64,000 nucleotides of DNA from Deltaproteobacteria bacterium. GTDB taxonomy: Bacteria > Myxococcota_A > UBA9160 > JAJDAL01. The stretch covers positions 143,830 to 207,829 of the forward strand of contig JAJDAL010000033.1 of the NCBI GenBank assembly GCA_029261875.1, written 5' to 3'. This document shows, piece by piece, positions 49,277 to 58,436 of this stretch (its first letter is position 1; each line of letters starts with the position of its first letter). The notes under the pieces are model-generated. The model did no database searches. It had not been told where the DNA came from and saw only the letters and a program-made list of their open reading frames with translations. Made by a program: the position numbers and the translations under genes.

Positions 49277-50785
49277 TCAGGGAAGCATCGGACCCGCGGA
49301 GGCTTCCATCAGCCGAGAATAGAACGCCACCGCCCGGGGAAGGGATGCGACGGGCACGCGTTCGTTGAGACCGTGGGCGCGCTGGAGCGTTTCGCGTTGC
49401 ACCTCGATCGGCGTCAGCCGATACACCGAGTCCGTCAACCGATGAAAGAACCGCGCGTCGGTACCGCCGGTGGAGAGCGCCGGGATCAACACGGCTTCCG
49501 GAAACCGCTCCGCCACGGTTCGCTGAATCGTCGAGAAAGCCGCGGAGTCGATCCGCGACACGGGGCTTGGACCGCGGGGTTTCGAGCGCGGCAGAATCCG
49601 CACCTCGACCCGGTCGTCGTCAACGGTTCGCACGACGTGTTTCCGAACCCCCTCGACGGAATCGCCCGGCAGGATTCGGTGGTTCACGACGGCCCGCGCC
49701 TCCTGGGGCACGACGTTCGCCTTGACGCCGCTTTGCAGGATCGTCACCGCGGTCGTGGTTCGCGCGAGCGCATCGATGACCCGGTCCTGGGCGACGAAAT
49801 ACCGCAAGGGCGTTTCGAATAGCCAGAGATTCCCCAGCACGAGACGCGGTCCGAACGGGAGTTCCGGGGCCAGAAAGTCGAGGGTGAGCCGCACGGTCCC
49901 GCCCAGATTCGCAGGCATCGGGTTGCCTTCCAGCCGTACGACCGCAGCCGCCAGAATTCCCGCGGCCGTATTTCTCGGGGGCACCGAGGAATGCCCGGCC
50001 GTGCCGCGCGCGATCAGCTCGAAGCTCACGGACCCCTTTTCGGCGATCACGAGCGGGGCCAGGGTCCGGTCCAGAATCGAGAGTCCGTCGACGAGAAAAC
50101 CGCCTCCTTCGTCGAGCACGTACTCGAGTTCGACGCCCCGCGACTCCAACAGCGCAACGGCCGCCTCCGCTCCAACGCTCTGAACTTCCTCATCGTGCCC
50201 GAGGAACAAATAGAAACTTCGATCCGGATGGAAACCGCGCTCGATCGAGCGTTCGATCGCCTCCAACATGCAGATGATGTCGGCTTTGTCATCGATCGCT
50301 CCCCGACCCCAGATGAAGCCGTCTCGAATTTCTCCGCCGAAGGGCGGATAGATCCACTCGCTCGCACTGGCGTCCTCGATCGGGACGACGTCCATGTGCC
50401 CCATCCACAGCACGGGTCGCAGCGAAGGATCGCGGCCGGGCCAGGTGAAGAGCAGGGACAGATCCGCCACGGTCTCGCGCTCGAGGGTGGCGTGCACTGC
50501 CGGAAAGCTGCGTTCCAAGTAGGCGTGAAACGACCGAAAGACCGCGGGGTCCATGCGTTCGGTCTCGCGGTAGCTGATGGTGGGAAAGCGAAGACTACCG
50601 GCCAGTCGCTCGGTCAGTCCATCGGTGTCGATGGTAAGGCGGGGACCGGGCGGTACCCGGAGCTGTTTGGAGGTGAGCGGTGCGGCCCGGACGAATAGAA
50701 CCGCGACCAACAGTCCCAGCGCACCCACGACCCCGATTCCGAAACGACGCATCGCGTTCCTCCGCCCCGAGCCCGAGCCCGGCAA
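49277..50785 (-). CDS. M20 family metallopeptidase (carboxypeptidase-like), exported
   Basis: 502 aa. Signal/anchor MRRFGIGVVGALGLLVAVLFV. WMGHMDVVPIED and WGRGAIDDKADI metal-binding motifs. Confidence 0.8.
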   Translation of the reverse strand: MPGSGSGRRNAMRRFGIGVVGALGLLVAVLFVRAAPLTSKQLRVPPGPRLTIDTDGLTERLAGSLRFPTISYRETERMDPAVFRSFHAYLERSFPAVHATLERETVADLSLLFTWPGRDPSLRPVLWMGHMDVVPIEDASASEWIYPPFGGEIRDGFIWGRGAIDDKADIICMLEAIERSIERGFHPDRSFYLFLGHDEEVQSVGAEAAVALLESRGVELEYVLDEGGGFLVDGLSILDRTLAPLVIAEKGSVSFELIARGTAGHSSVPPRNTAAGILAAAVVRLEGNPMPANLGGTVRLTLDFLAPELPFGPRLVLGNLWLFETPLRYFVAQDRVIDALARTTTAVTILQSGVKANVVPQEARAVVNHRILPGDSVEGVRKHVVRTVDDDRVEVRILPRSKPRGPSPVSRIDSAAFSTIQRTVAERFPEAVLIPALSTGGTDARFFHRLTDSVYRLTPIEVQRETLQRAHGLNERVPVASLPRAVAFYSRLMEASAGPMLP

Positions 50786-50797
50786 GACGGACCGACG

Positions 50798-52618
50798 CTA
50801 GCGAAGCTCGTTCACACGCGGGGGTGTCGCGACATCGGGAAGAGACGCGTGGGGATCGATCGCAAAGTAGAGCAGATTTCCATCCTGGCTCTCGAGGACC
50901 GGTGCCCCCAGACGGGCTTCGAGCGCGTGTGCGAGCGAGCGCCCTCGATCCTCGAACCCCCGGCGATCGAGTGCGACCCCGGAGAATTCCTTCTCGGCAA
51001 TCGACGCCAGGAAGGCATCCGGTTCCAATCCGGTCACCCGTCGATGCCAGGCGTCATCGCGCCCCTTCATGGCACCATGGCTCCAGGAAAGCGAATGCGA
51101 ATGCAGCGCCACCCGGAAATGGGTATAGGGCGAGAGATCGTGCAGATGGCGCGCTTCCGGAGTCTCGATGAAGGGAAGCTGAAAGATGCGGGCTCCCGGG
51201 TAATCGGATTCGATGTGATCGACGAAGGCCCGGTCGGATTCGAATCCGCTGCGTATCTCCGCGCTGTCGATGGAGTCCGGAAAGTCGAAGGAGTTGGGAT
51301 AGCGCTGGTCGTAGACGCCAATCACCGCGACCAGAACACACAGCGGCACGTAGAGCCAGGCGCGCCGGTTGCGTGTGACGATTCGCGATAGTTCCGCGGC
51401 GACGAAGGTCAGGGCGAACAACCCGATCAAGACACTCAGTCTCGACCAAACTCGAAACTGAGACGTCACGGTCGCGGCGAAGAGCACCCCGAGCCCCCCG
51501 ACCGTCGCGAACAGGAACGCGGCGACGTTCAGTTGCGCCAATCGATCGACGAGCGTTCCCACGTTGCGGCGCCGACCCAACACCACCAGCAGGCCCAAGA
51601 AGCCCAACGCGCCCACCAACCCCAGATACGTCGGACCGTGGGGTTGATTGGGCAACGCGTCCCAATATTGCGCTGCCATTCGGTTCAGGATCTCGAAACC
51701 CGACCAGTGGGGCAGTACGAGATGCGTGAGCTTCAGCGCGTACGCCTCGGATTCGATCGGGGAGCGCGCTGCCGTCACCGGATTGCGACCGTGGCTCGCC
51801 CAGTACAGGATTGATGGCAACACGTTCAAGATGAGCGTCACTCCAATCGCCCCACACACCGCCGCGCTGGCGCGAATCCGCGAAGCGCGTCCGGATCCGC
51901 CAAACAGAAGATCCGAGCTCGCCATCACGCACAGCAGCAAGACGCTCCAGAAAGCGAAGTAGGCCCCCGCAGAACCCAGCAGCACGCCGAACAGAAGCAG
52001 CCCGAGCATGGACCGACGGGTTTGGCCGAACCAGCGTACGGATGCTCCGGCCCCCTCCCCCGCAGCGCGACAGTGGATGTCGTGCACGACGACCACGAAC
52101 AGCGGGAGCAAGAAGTAGGAGGTCTGATGCAGATGCCCGATGTTGACGAGCACGTGGTATGGGAGAAACGCAAACAGCAACCCGCAGACCAATGCCGCGA
52201 GCGGACGAATCCCCACCCGCGAAGCCATGTAGGCGAAGCTGAGACTGCAAAGGGAATAGGTGAGAACGAAATACGCGTTGACCGCGCGAAAGACGTCCCC
52301 GACGAAAACGCCGATCAGGCGCACGATTCCCAACACGAAATTGTCCGGAACGGGGAAATCCCGAAAATCGAAACCGACCGGTGCGCCCAACTGACCCGAG
52401 CGAATTCCGAGGTAGAGGGTCCAGTCTCCATCCAACAAGGTCTTCGACAGCGTCAGATAGACCAGGGCGTCCCACTCGTAACTCAGGGGAATCCCCCAGT
52501 CGATGTCGCGCGCCCCCTCCCATCCCGCAATCACCGCGAGCGGAAGTACCGCGGCCAGCGCGTAGTACGCGACCGTGCGCCAGACAGCTTGGGAACCCAT
52601 TTCGTTCACGCGCACCAC
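50798..52618 (-). CDS. large polytopic membrane protein with a C-terminal soluble domain (GT-C-like architecture; function unknown)
   Basis: 606 aa. About 11-13 hydrophobic helices over the first ~430 aa, then a soluble tail: FQLPFIETPEARHLHDLSPYTHFRVALHSHSLSWSHGAMKGRDDAWHRRV. No family assigned with confidence. Confidence 0.5.
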   Translation of the reverse strand: MVRVNEMGSQAVWRTVAYYALAAVLPLAVIAGWEGARDIDWGIPLSYEWDALVYLTLSKTLLDGDWTLYLGIRSGQLGAPVGFDFRDFPVPDNFVLGIVRLIGVFVGDVFRAVNAYFVLTYSLCSLSFAYMASRVGIRPLAALVCGLLFAFLPYHVLVNIGHLHQTSYFLLPLFVVVVHDIHCRAAGEGAGASVRWFGQTRRSMLGLLLFGVLLGSAGAYFAFWSVLLLCVMASSDLLFGGSGRASRIRASAAVCGAIGVTLILNVLPSILYWASHGRNPVTAARSPIESEAYALKLTHLVLPHWSGFEILNRMAAQYWDALPNQPHGPTYLGLVGALGFLGLLVVLGRRRNVGTLVDRLAQLNVAAFLFATVGGLGVLFAATVTSQFRVWSRLSVLIGLFALTFVAAELSRIVTRNRRAWLYVPLCVLVAVIGVYDQRYPNSFDFPDSIDSAEIRSGFESDRAFVDHIESDYPGARIFQLPFIETPEARHLHDLSPYTHFRVALHSHSLSWSHGAMKGRDDAWHRRVTGLEPDAFLASIAEKEFSGVALDRRGFEDRGRSLAHALEARLGAPVLESQDGNLLYFAIDPHASLPDVATPPRVNELR

Positions 52619-52825
52619 TCCTTCGGGCGTTCATTGCCGGTCGGCTGCGAGCGCGTGTGGCTTTAGGGTGAGGCACAACCCCCCCGCCCATCGGCGCGCA
52701 GCACCGCGTTTCACCAACCCGCAATGGAGATGATGCGAGGCACTCCAACTGCGCGATTTTCATCTTAAAGCGCCGCCATACCCCATCCGATAAGCGGGAG
52801 ATCACTTTTCTTAGGGGGGAGCGCG

Positions 52826-54439
52826 TTGGCTCCGGAGAACACCTGGTCGCGAATTTCAGCCGGACGCCCGCACACGGGCGGTTCGAAATCCGTTGCGCTC
52901 GTCATTCCCCCCTCCCCGTTCCTGTTGGACGAGCGCGTATTCGTAAGCTTGGGCGTCCTCAAGGTGGCGGCCTCGCTGCGCGCCAGTGGGCACGACGTGC
53001 GCGTGCTCGACCTTTCGGGAATCGAAAATTACCTCGACACGCTGTCCCACTACTTGCGCAACCATCACGACGACGCGATTGGGATCACGACCACCACACC
53101 GCAGCTACCGGCCGCGATCGCCATCGCAAAGACCATTCGCGAACAGTCGCCCCAGGTCCGAACCGTGCTCGGCGGTCCCCACGTCACCCTGACGTACGCA
53201 GCGGTGAAGCTCGAGCAGAAACGCGGAATCCAGGGCGGTCGAGCCCAAGCGGGCGCCAGCCGCCTCGAAACGGCGGTAGACGTCCTGTGTCCCGGAGATG
53301 GCGAACTCGCCATGTTGCAGGCGCTGTCCGACCGCTGCCCCAAGGTGATCGACGCGGACGATCCCCGGGGTCCGTACTTCCTTACGGATGAGATGTTCAC
53401 CAAGAGCCCGCGGCCGGCGCGCGACCTGGTCGACATGAATTCCTACCACTACGAGATCGAAGGTCATCGCGCCACGAGCTTGATCGCCCAACTCGGGTGC
53501 CCCTTCCAATGCGGTTTCTGCGGAGGTCGCAACAGCAAGAGCTTGCGGCTGATCCGAAAGCGTTCCAGTGAATCGATCGTGCGCGAGATCGAGCACCTGC
53601 ACACGCAATACGGTTACACGGGTTTCATGTTCTACGACGATGAGCTGAACGTGAATCGCCAGCTGGTACCGCTCATGAATCAGATCTCCGACCTCCAGCA
53701 GCGGCTGGGCACGGAGTTTCGACTGCGCGGATTCGTGAAATCCGAACTTTTCGACGCGAGCCAGGCCGAAGCCATGGTGCGCGCGGGTTTTCGCTGGCTC
53801 CTGTGTGGATTCGAAGCGGCACACCCGCGCATCCTGAAGAACATCAACAAGCGAGCCACCATCGACGACAACACCCGCTGTGTCGAAATTGCCAAGCAAC
53901 ACGGACTCAAGATCAAAGCGCTGATGTCGTGTGGCCATCCGGGAGAAACTGCGGAATCGGTGCAAGCGATTCGCGATTGGTTGATTCGAAGCGAAGTCGA
54001 CGACTTCGATTGCACGATCATCACCACCTACCCCGGCACTCCGTACTACGACGAGGCGGTTCCCCACGTCGCAATGCCCGATGTCTGGACCTATTCGAAC
54101 CCCATCACCGGAGACGCACTGCACAGCCGCGATCTCGACTTCACGAAGACCGCCGACTACTACAAGGGCGATCCCAGTGGCGGGTACCGCGCTTTCGTGT
54201 TTACCGACGAGCTTTCCTCCGAGGAACTCGTCGAACAGCGCGATGCATTGGAAACCGAGGTCCGCGAAAAGCTCGACATCCCGTTCAATCCCGCGCGGGC
54301 GGCCTTGCGCTACGAACATTCCATGGGCCAGGGGCTGCCGGATTTCATCCTGCGAGGGGTCAAGAAGTCGCCCGCGGAATCCAAGACCACGCAGGGTTCG
54401 ACGCCGGCGCACCCCGGCCTGCCGTTCGTAAGCCGTTGA
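52826..54439 (+). CDS. B12-binding-domain radical SAM protein (class B)
   Basis: 537 aa, TTG start (uncertain). N-terminal cobalamin-binding-type Rossmann region (VALVIPPSPF...HDVRVLDLSG...IGITTTTPQLPAAIAIAKTIRE). CxxxCxxC cluster in AQLGCPFQCGFCGG. Confidence 0.85.
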   Translation: MAPENTWSRISAGRPHTGGSKSVALVIPPSPFLLDERVFVSLGVLKVAASLRASGHDVRVLDLSGIENYLDTLSHYLRNHHDDAIGITTTTPQLPAAIAIAKTIREQSPQVRTVLGGPHVTLTYAAVKLEQKRGIQGGRAQAGASRLETAVDVLCPGDGELAMLQALSDRCPKVIDADDPRGPYFLTDEMFTKSPRPARDLVDMNSYHYEIEGHRATSLIAQLGCPFQCGFCGGRNSKSLRLIRKRSSESIVREIEHLHTQYGYTGFMFYDDELNVNRQLVPLMNQISDLQQRLGTEFRLRGFVKSELFDASQAEAMVRAGFRWLLCGFEAAHPRILKNINKRATIDDNTRCVEIAKQHGLKIKALMSCGHPGETAESVQAIRDWLIRSEVDDFDCTIITTYPGTPYYDEAVPHVAMPDVWTYSNPITGDALHSRDLDFTKTADYYKGDPSGGYRAFVFTDELSSEELVEQRDALETEVREKLDIPFNPARAALRYEHSMGQGLPDFILRGVKKSPAESKTTQGSTPAHPGLPFVSR

Positions 54440-55461
54440 GTTCGACCCCGACTTCCTTGGGAAGGCTGCACTCCTCGGCTGTCGATTCGGCCCCCGCGGC
54501 GCGCTATGCCATCTTGATTCCGGTCTACAACGATTGGGGCCCGCTGCGCACGGTCATGCGCGAACTCGATGCGGTGCTCGCAGACAAAGGCCTCGAGGCC
54601 GACTTATTGATCGTCAACGATTGCTCCAGTGACGTTCGCGAAGATCAACACTTCGCAGCCGACTGGAAGGCCCTGCGAACGATCCGCGTCCTGGAACTCC
54701 GGCGCAACATCTCGAACCAACGCGCCGTGGCCGTTGGGCTCACCTACCTCTACGAAGAAGCCCGCTATCGCGGCGTGCTCTTGATGGACGGAGATGGCCA
54801 AGACAACCCGGCCGACGTTCCCCGCTTGATCGAAGCCTTCGAGAAACACGATGCCCAGCGCTGTATCTTTGCGGAACGCACCAAGCGCAAAGAAGGTATG
54901 TTCTTCCGCGTGGCCTACCGGGCCTTTACGGCCCTGCATCAGCTACTCGTCGGCCCGCGGCTTCGAATCGGGAACTTCGGAATCGTTCCCTTCGAACTGC
55001 TCAAGCGCGTCGTAGTGTCACCGGAACTCTGGAGCCACTACGCCGCGACGGTCATTCATTCGCGAATCCCCTTGGAAACCATCTCCACGACGCGTGCCCA
55101 ACGCGTGGCGGGTGAATCCAAGATGCGTTTTACGGATCTCTTTCTCCACGGCTTGCGCGCCATCGCGGTCCATACCGACTACGTGAGCGTGCGCTTGTTG
55201 TTGATGATCGGGGCCGTCTCCGCCTTGCTGGTCGGTGCACTGATCGCCACCGTGGCGATTCGAATGTGGACGGACCTCGCCATCCCGGGCTGGGCGACCA
55301 ACGCCGGTGGGCTTTCGTTGATCGCCCTGGCGCAGAGCTTCATCATCGGCTTGTTGCTCGTATTCGGGACCGTCAATGCCCGCCAACTTTCGAGCTTCCT
55401 ACCGATCCGCGATTGCCCGTACTTCATCGACTCCGTCGATCAGGTGTTCCCCAACCCGTGA
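54436..55461 (+). CDS. GT2 polyprenyl-phosphate glycosyltransferase (GtrB/ArnC/DPM1-like) with two C-terminal TM helices
   Basis: Candidate TTG 54436 overlaps the radical-SAM stop (TTGA); the track ORF starts at 53803, inside that gene. YAILIPVYNDWGPL...LLIVNDCSSD, LLMDGDGQDNP. C-terminal helices LLLMIGAVSALLVGALIATVAI and GGLSLIALAQSFIIGLLLVFG. Confidence 0.72.
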   Translation: MSSTPTSLGRLHSSAVDSAPAARYAILIPVYNDWGPLRTVMRELDAVLADKGLEADLLIVNDCSSDVREDQHFAADWKALRTIRVLELRRNISNQRAVAVGLTYLYEEARYRGVLLMDGDGQDNPADVPRLIEAFEKHDAQRCIFAERTKRKEGMFFRVAYRAFTALHQLLVGPRLRIGNFGIVPFELLKRVVVSPELWSHYAATVIHSRIPLETISTTRAQRVAGESKMRFTDLFLHGLRAIAVHTDYVSVRLLLMIGAVSALLVGALIATVAIRMWTDLAIPGWATNAGGLSLIALAQSFIIGLLLVFGTVNARQLSSFLPIRDCPYFIDSVDQVFPNP

Positions 55462-56177
55462 CGGTGGCGGGGGACATCGAATACCTGAGCGAAGATCTCC
55501 ATATCTTTCGCCACGCACGCCATTGGAAGCGCTACTTCGCGCGCCAGCTGCGTCCCTTTCTCGGGCGCTCCGTCCTCGAGGTGGGTGCGGGCCTCGGCGC
55601 AACGACCCAGATGCTCTGCCCAGCCGACACGGATCGCTGGCTCTGCCTCGAACCCGACGCGGACATGGCGAACACCCTGGAGGCCTCTCGCCGCCGCGGC
55701 GACCTACCCTCCTGCTGCGTCACGCGGCACGGCACCGTGGCAACCGTCCCGGAGGATGAGCGCTTCGACACCATTCTCTACATCGACGTGTTGGAACACA
55801 TCGAAGACGATCGGGGCGAACTCACAAAGGCCCTCGCGCACCTGCAACCCGGCGGACGCATCGTCATTCTCGCCCCGGCACACCAGACCTTGTTTTCCCC
55901 ATTCGACGAAGCCGTCGGACACTTTCGTCGCTACGACCGCCGTTCCCTGCGGGCCGCCATACCGGCGCCGCTGCGCCAAGAAAAACTGATCTACTTGGAT
56001 TCCGTCGGGTTGTTGGGATCCTTGGGCAACCGCGTCCTTCTGAAATCCCGAATGCCGACCCTGCGTCAGATTCGCGTCTGGGACAATCTCATGGTTCCCG
56101 CATCAACGATCGTCGATCGCGTGACCGCGCATCGGTTGGGAAAATCGATCCTCGGCGTCTGGAGAGCTCCGGAATAA
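55458..56177 (+). CDS. class I SAM-dependent methyltransferase
   Basis: GTG 55458 overlaps the GT2 stop (GTGA); the track ORF starts at 55266. SVLEVGAGLGATTQML (motif I), ILYIDVLEHIED, LQPGGRIVILAP. Confidence 0.7.
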   Translation: MTVAGDIEYLSEDLHIFRHARHWKRYFARQLRPFLGRSVLEVGAGLGATTQMLCPADTDRWLCLEPDADMANTLEASRRRGDLPSCCVTRHGTVATVPEDERFDTILYIDVLEHIEDDRGELTKALAHLQPGGRIVILAPAHQTLFSPFDEAVGHFRRYDRRSLRAAIPAPLRQEKLIYLDSVGLLGSLGNRVLLKSRMPTLRQIRVWDNLMVPASTIVDRVTAHRLGKSILGVWRAPE

Positions 56178-56320
56178 GCGCCGTCTGCGCACGCAATCGA
56201 ACTCGAACGGTTCTTCCTGGTACATCCCATCGCCCTGCTCCTCACTGTGTTTTTCCCAACATCGCCTCGCAACCCGTGGATGCGAGAAACGAAATAACAG
56301 TGCGAAGAATCGCTGCGCGG

Positions 56321-56340
56321 TGGGCACGCGGGATGCATTG
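56321..56340 (+). promoter_or_regulatory. candidate sigma-54 (-24/-12) promoter upstream of hsp20
   Basis: tGGGCACGcgggaTGCAttg. GGCACG at 56323-56328 and GC at 56335-56336 give the required GG-N10-GC spacing. The -12 box ATGCA has one mismatch to TTGCA. The predicted TSS is about 40 nt before ATG 56388. A sigma-54 activator gene lies adjacent. Confidence 0.45.
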
Positions 56341-56387
56341 ACTCGTCGTGAAGTCACGGGAGTCGCCCACCATGAGGACCGAACGCG

Positions 56388-56801
56388 ATGCATTTCTTCT
56401 TCGAGGTCTACGAACAAGCTGGATCCTTGTACGTCGAAACTGCACTACCCGGCATTGCCCGCCACGAGATCGAGCTTTGCGGACGCGACACGGCGCTCGT
56501 GATCTGCGTTCGGCGTCGGGTGTCGGAATCTCCCCGACGGATCCACTATTCGCGGGGCGTTCCCGTACCCGAGGAATTCCAGCGGGAGATAGCGCTGCCC
56601 CATCCAGTCGAATTTTCGTCCGCCGAGGCCTCGCTTCACGCGGGAATCCTTCGTGTGTGTTTTCCCGATCGGAAACCGAAGCAAGCCTCCCGGGTAGGGA
56701 TTGCGGTCGGTGGGTTGCGCTCGCGAAGAGGACGATCAGGCGCTGCGAGCGGGATTTCGAGAAGAGGTTCGCACCCGGGCGACGGAACGCGCGGGCTCTA
56801 G
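56388..56801 (+). CDS. Hsp20/alpha-crystallin-domain small heat-shock protein
   Basis: 137 aa. FEVYEQAGSLYVETALPGIARHEIELCGRDTALVICVRR...REIALPHPVEFSSAEASLHAGILRVCFP follows the ACD pattern. The C-terminal ~40 aa is low-complexity and overlaps the convergent gene by 66 nt. Confidence 0.6.
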   Translation: MHFFFEVYEQAGSLYVETALPGIARHEIELCGRDTALVICVRRRVSESPRRIHYSRGVPVPEEFQREIALPHPVEFSSAEASLHAGILRVCFPDRKPKQASRVGIAVGGLRSRRGRSGAASGISRRGSHPGDGTRGL

Positions 56802-58181
56802 CGAATCGATTTCGTCCGCGAGGTGGTGTTTTCGAATGCGGTAGCCCAGGGTACGACGCGAGATTCCGAGCAGGCCTGCGGCGTGGGTCTGGTTGCCCCC
56901 CGTCTTCTTCATGGCGTTCAGGATGCTGCGAATTTCGAGGGCTTCCAGCGTGGCGGCCTCTTCTCCCACCGCCTCTGCGGTTACGCGCGAAAGGGCATGA
57001 TCTTGAATCGCCACCGGGAGATCGCAGACGTCGATGTTTTCTCCCTCGCGCATGACCAGCGCGTGTTCGACGGCGTTGTGGAGCTCGCGAATGTTTCCCG
57101 GCCAGTCGTAACTCGTTACGGCTTGCCAGGCTTGCGCTGAGAAACCCGGACGAAACCCCGGGTTCAACTCGTCGAGAAAGCGCTCGATCAAGGGGGCGAG
57201 ATCGTTCGTCCGCTCGCGCAGCGGAGGAAGCGGAAGAGCGACCACGTTCAACCGATAGTAGATGTCCTCGCGAAACGCACCGCGCTGAACGGCCGCTTCG
57301 AGGTCCCGGTTCGTCGCAGCGATGATCCGCACGCTGACTTGATGCGTTCTTCCCGCTTCACCGACCCGGTGGAATTCCCCTTCCTGAAGGACCCGAAGCA
57401 ACTTCGGTTGAAGGTTCAAGGGAAGTTCTCCGATCTCGTCGAGAAAAATCGTCCCGCCGTCGGCCACCTGAAACAACCCGGGACGGTCGCTGTCCGCCCC
57501 GGTATAGGCGCCGCGCACGTGCCCGAACAATTCGGCTTCCAACAGGGTTTCCGGCAAGGCGGCGCAATTCACCTTCACGAACGCGCGATCGCCGCGGCGG
57601 GAGAGCCGATGCAGCGCATTGGCGATGATCTCTTTCCCGGTACCCGTCTCGCCCAGCAGAAGCACCGTAGTCCCGGAGCGACCGATGCGCGGAAGCTTGT
57701 GGAGCAAATCGTCCATGACGTCGGATTTGGCGACGATGTCGTCGACGCGAAACGGCTCGTGGTCGGAGGTCACGCGCTTGAGGGGTGGGCGGTCCATATG
57801 CTCACTTTCGTGAGGCGAGGCTTCGAGAATCCCGCGAATCAACGGTTCGAGGTGTGAATTCGCCATGGGCTTGGCGATGAAGTCGACCACACAGCGCTTG
57901 AGGGCGTCGCGCGCCATTTCGACGGTTTCTTCACCGACCACGAGGACGATCTCACAGCGGGGGCGAATGGCGCGCGTACGGCGCATCAATTCGATCGCGT
58001 ACGCGTCGGGACGTTTCAGGTCGAGCACGACGATGTCGAAAGGACGATCGATCAACAGTCGCAAGCCGCCATCGGCATCGTGCGACTGTTCTACTTCCAA
58101 TCCGTCCGCGCGAAGCGCACGCACGAGTTCCCCAACGGGGTGGGGATCCTCACCAATGATGAGGATCGAGCCGCGCACCAT
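56736..58181 (-). CDS. sigma-54-dependent response regulator (NtrC family: REC + AAA+ + Fis-type HTH)
   Basis: Start taken as ATG 58181 (GAGGGGG upstream), giving MVRGSILIIGEDP; the track ORF extends to 58250. Receiver DIVVLDLKRPD. Walker A LLGETGTGKE. GAYTGA (GAFTGA variant). EAELFGH. C-terminal AAGLLGISRRTLGYRIRKH. Confidence 0.88.
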   Translation of the reverse strand: MVRGSILIIGEDPHPVGELVRALRADGLEVEQSHDADGGLRLLIDRPFDIVVLDLKRPDAYAIELMRRTRAIRPRCEIVLVVGEETVEMARDALKRCVVDFIAKPMANSHLEPLIRGILEASPHESEHMDRPPLKRVTSDHEPFRVDDIVAKSDVMDDLLHKLPRIGRSGTTVLLLGETGTGKEIIANALHRLSRRGDRAFVKVNCAALPETLLEAELFGHVRGAYTGADSDRPGLFQVADGGTIFLDEIGELPLNLQPKLLRVLQEGEFHRVGEAGRTHQVSVRIIAATNRDLEAAVQRGAFREDIYYRLNVVALPLPPLRERTNDLAPLIERFLDELNPGFRPGFSAQAWQAVTSYDWPGNIRELHNAVEHALVMREGENIDVCDLPVAIQDHALSRVTAEAVGEEAATLEALEIRSILNAMKKTGGNQTHAAGLLGISRRTLGYRIRKHHLADEIDSLEPARSVARVRTSSRNPARSA

Positions 58182-58436
58182 CGACTGACCCCCTCGGACC
58201 CGAAACGCTGGGCTTTCCCAGAAGGCTCTGGTCCGGCGTAGAGCCTCCACCCATTATGCTCCTTCGAGAAGGCTGCATTCAACATGCCAATTCCTAGGGG
58301 CACGAGCGCTCAATGCGATCGCGTGGCTGGACGTTTTGCTCCAGTGGGATTCGTTCTGGTACACCGCACCGGTTCCTGTGGGGACGGAGTCATCGAGTTG
58401 CACCCGCGGGGATCGAACTTTCGCTTTGTTCGCGGG

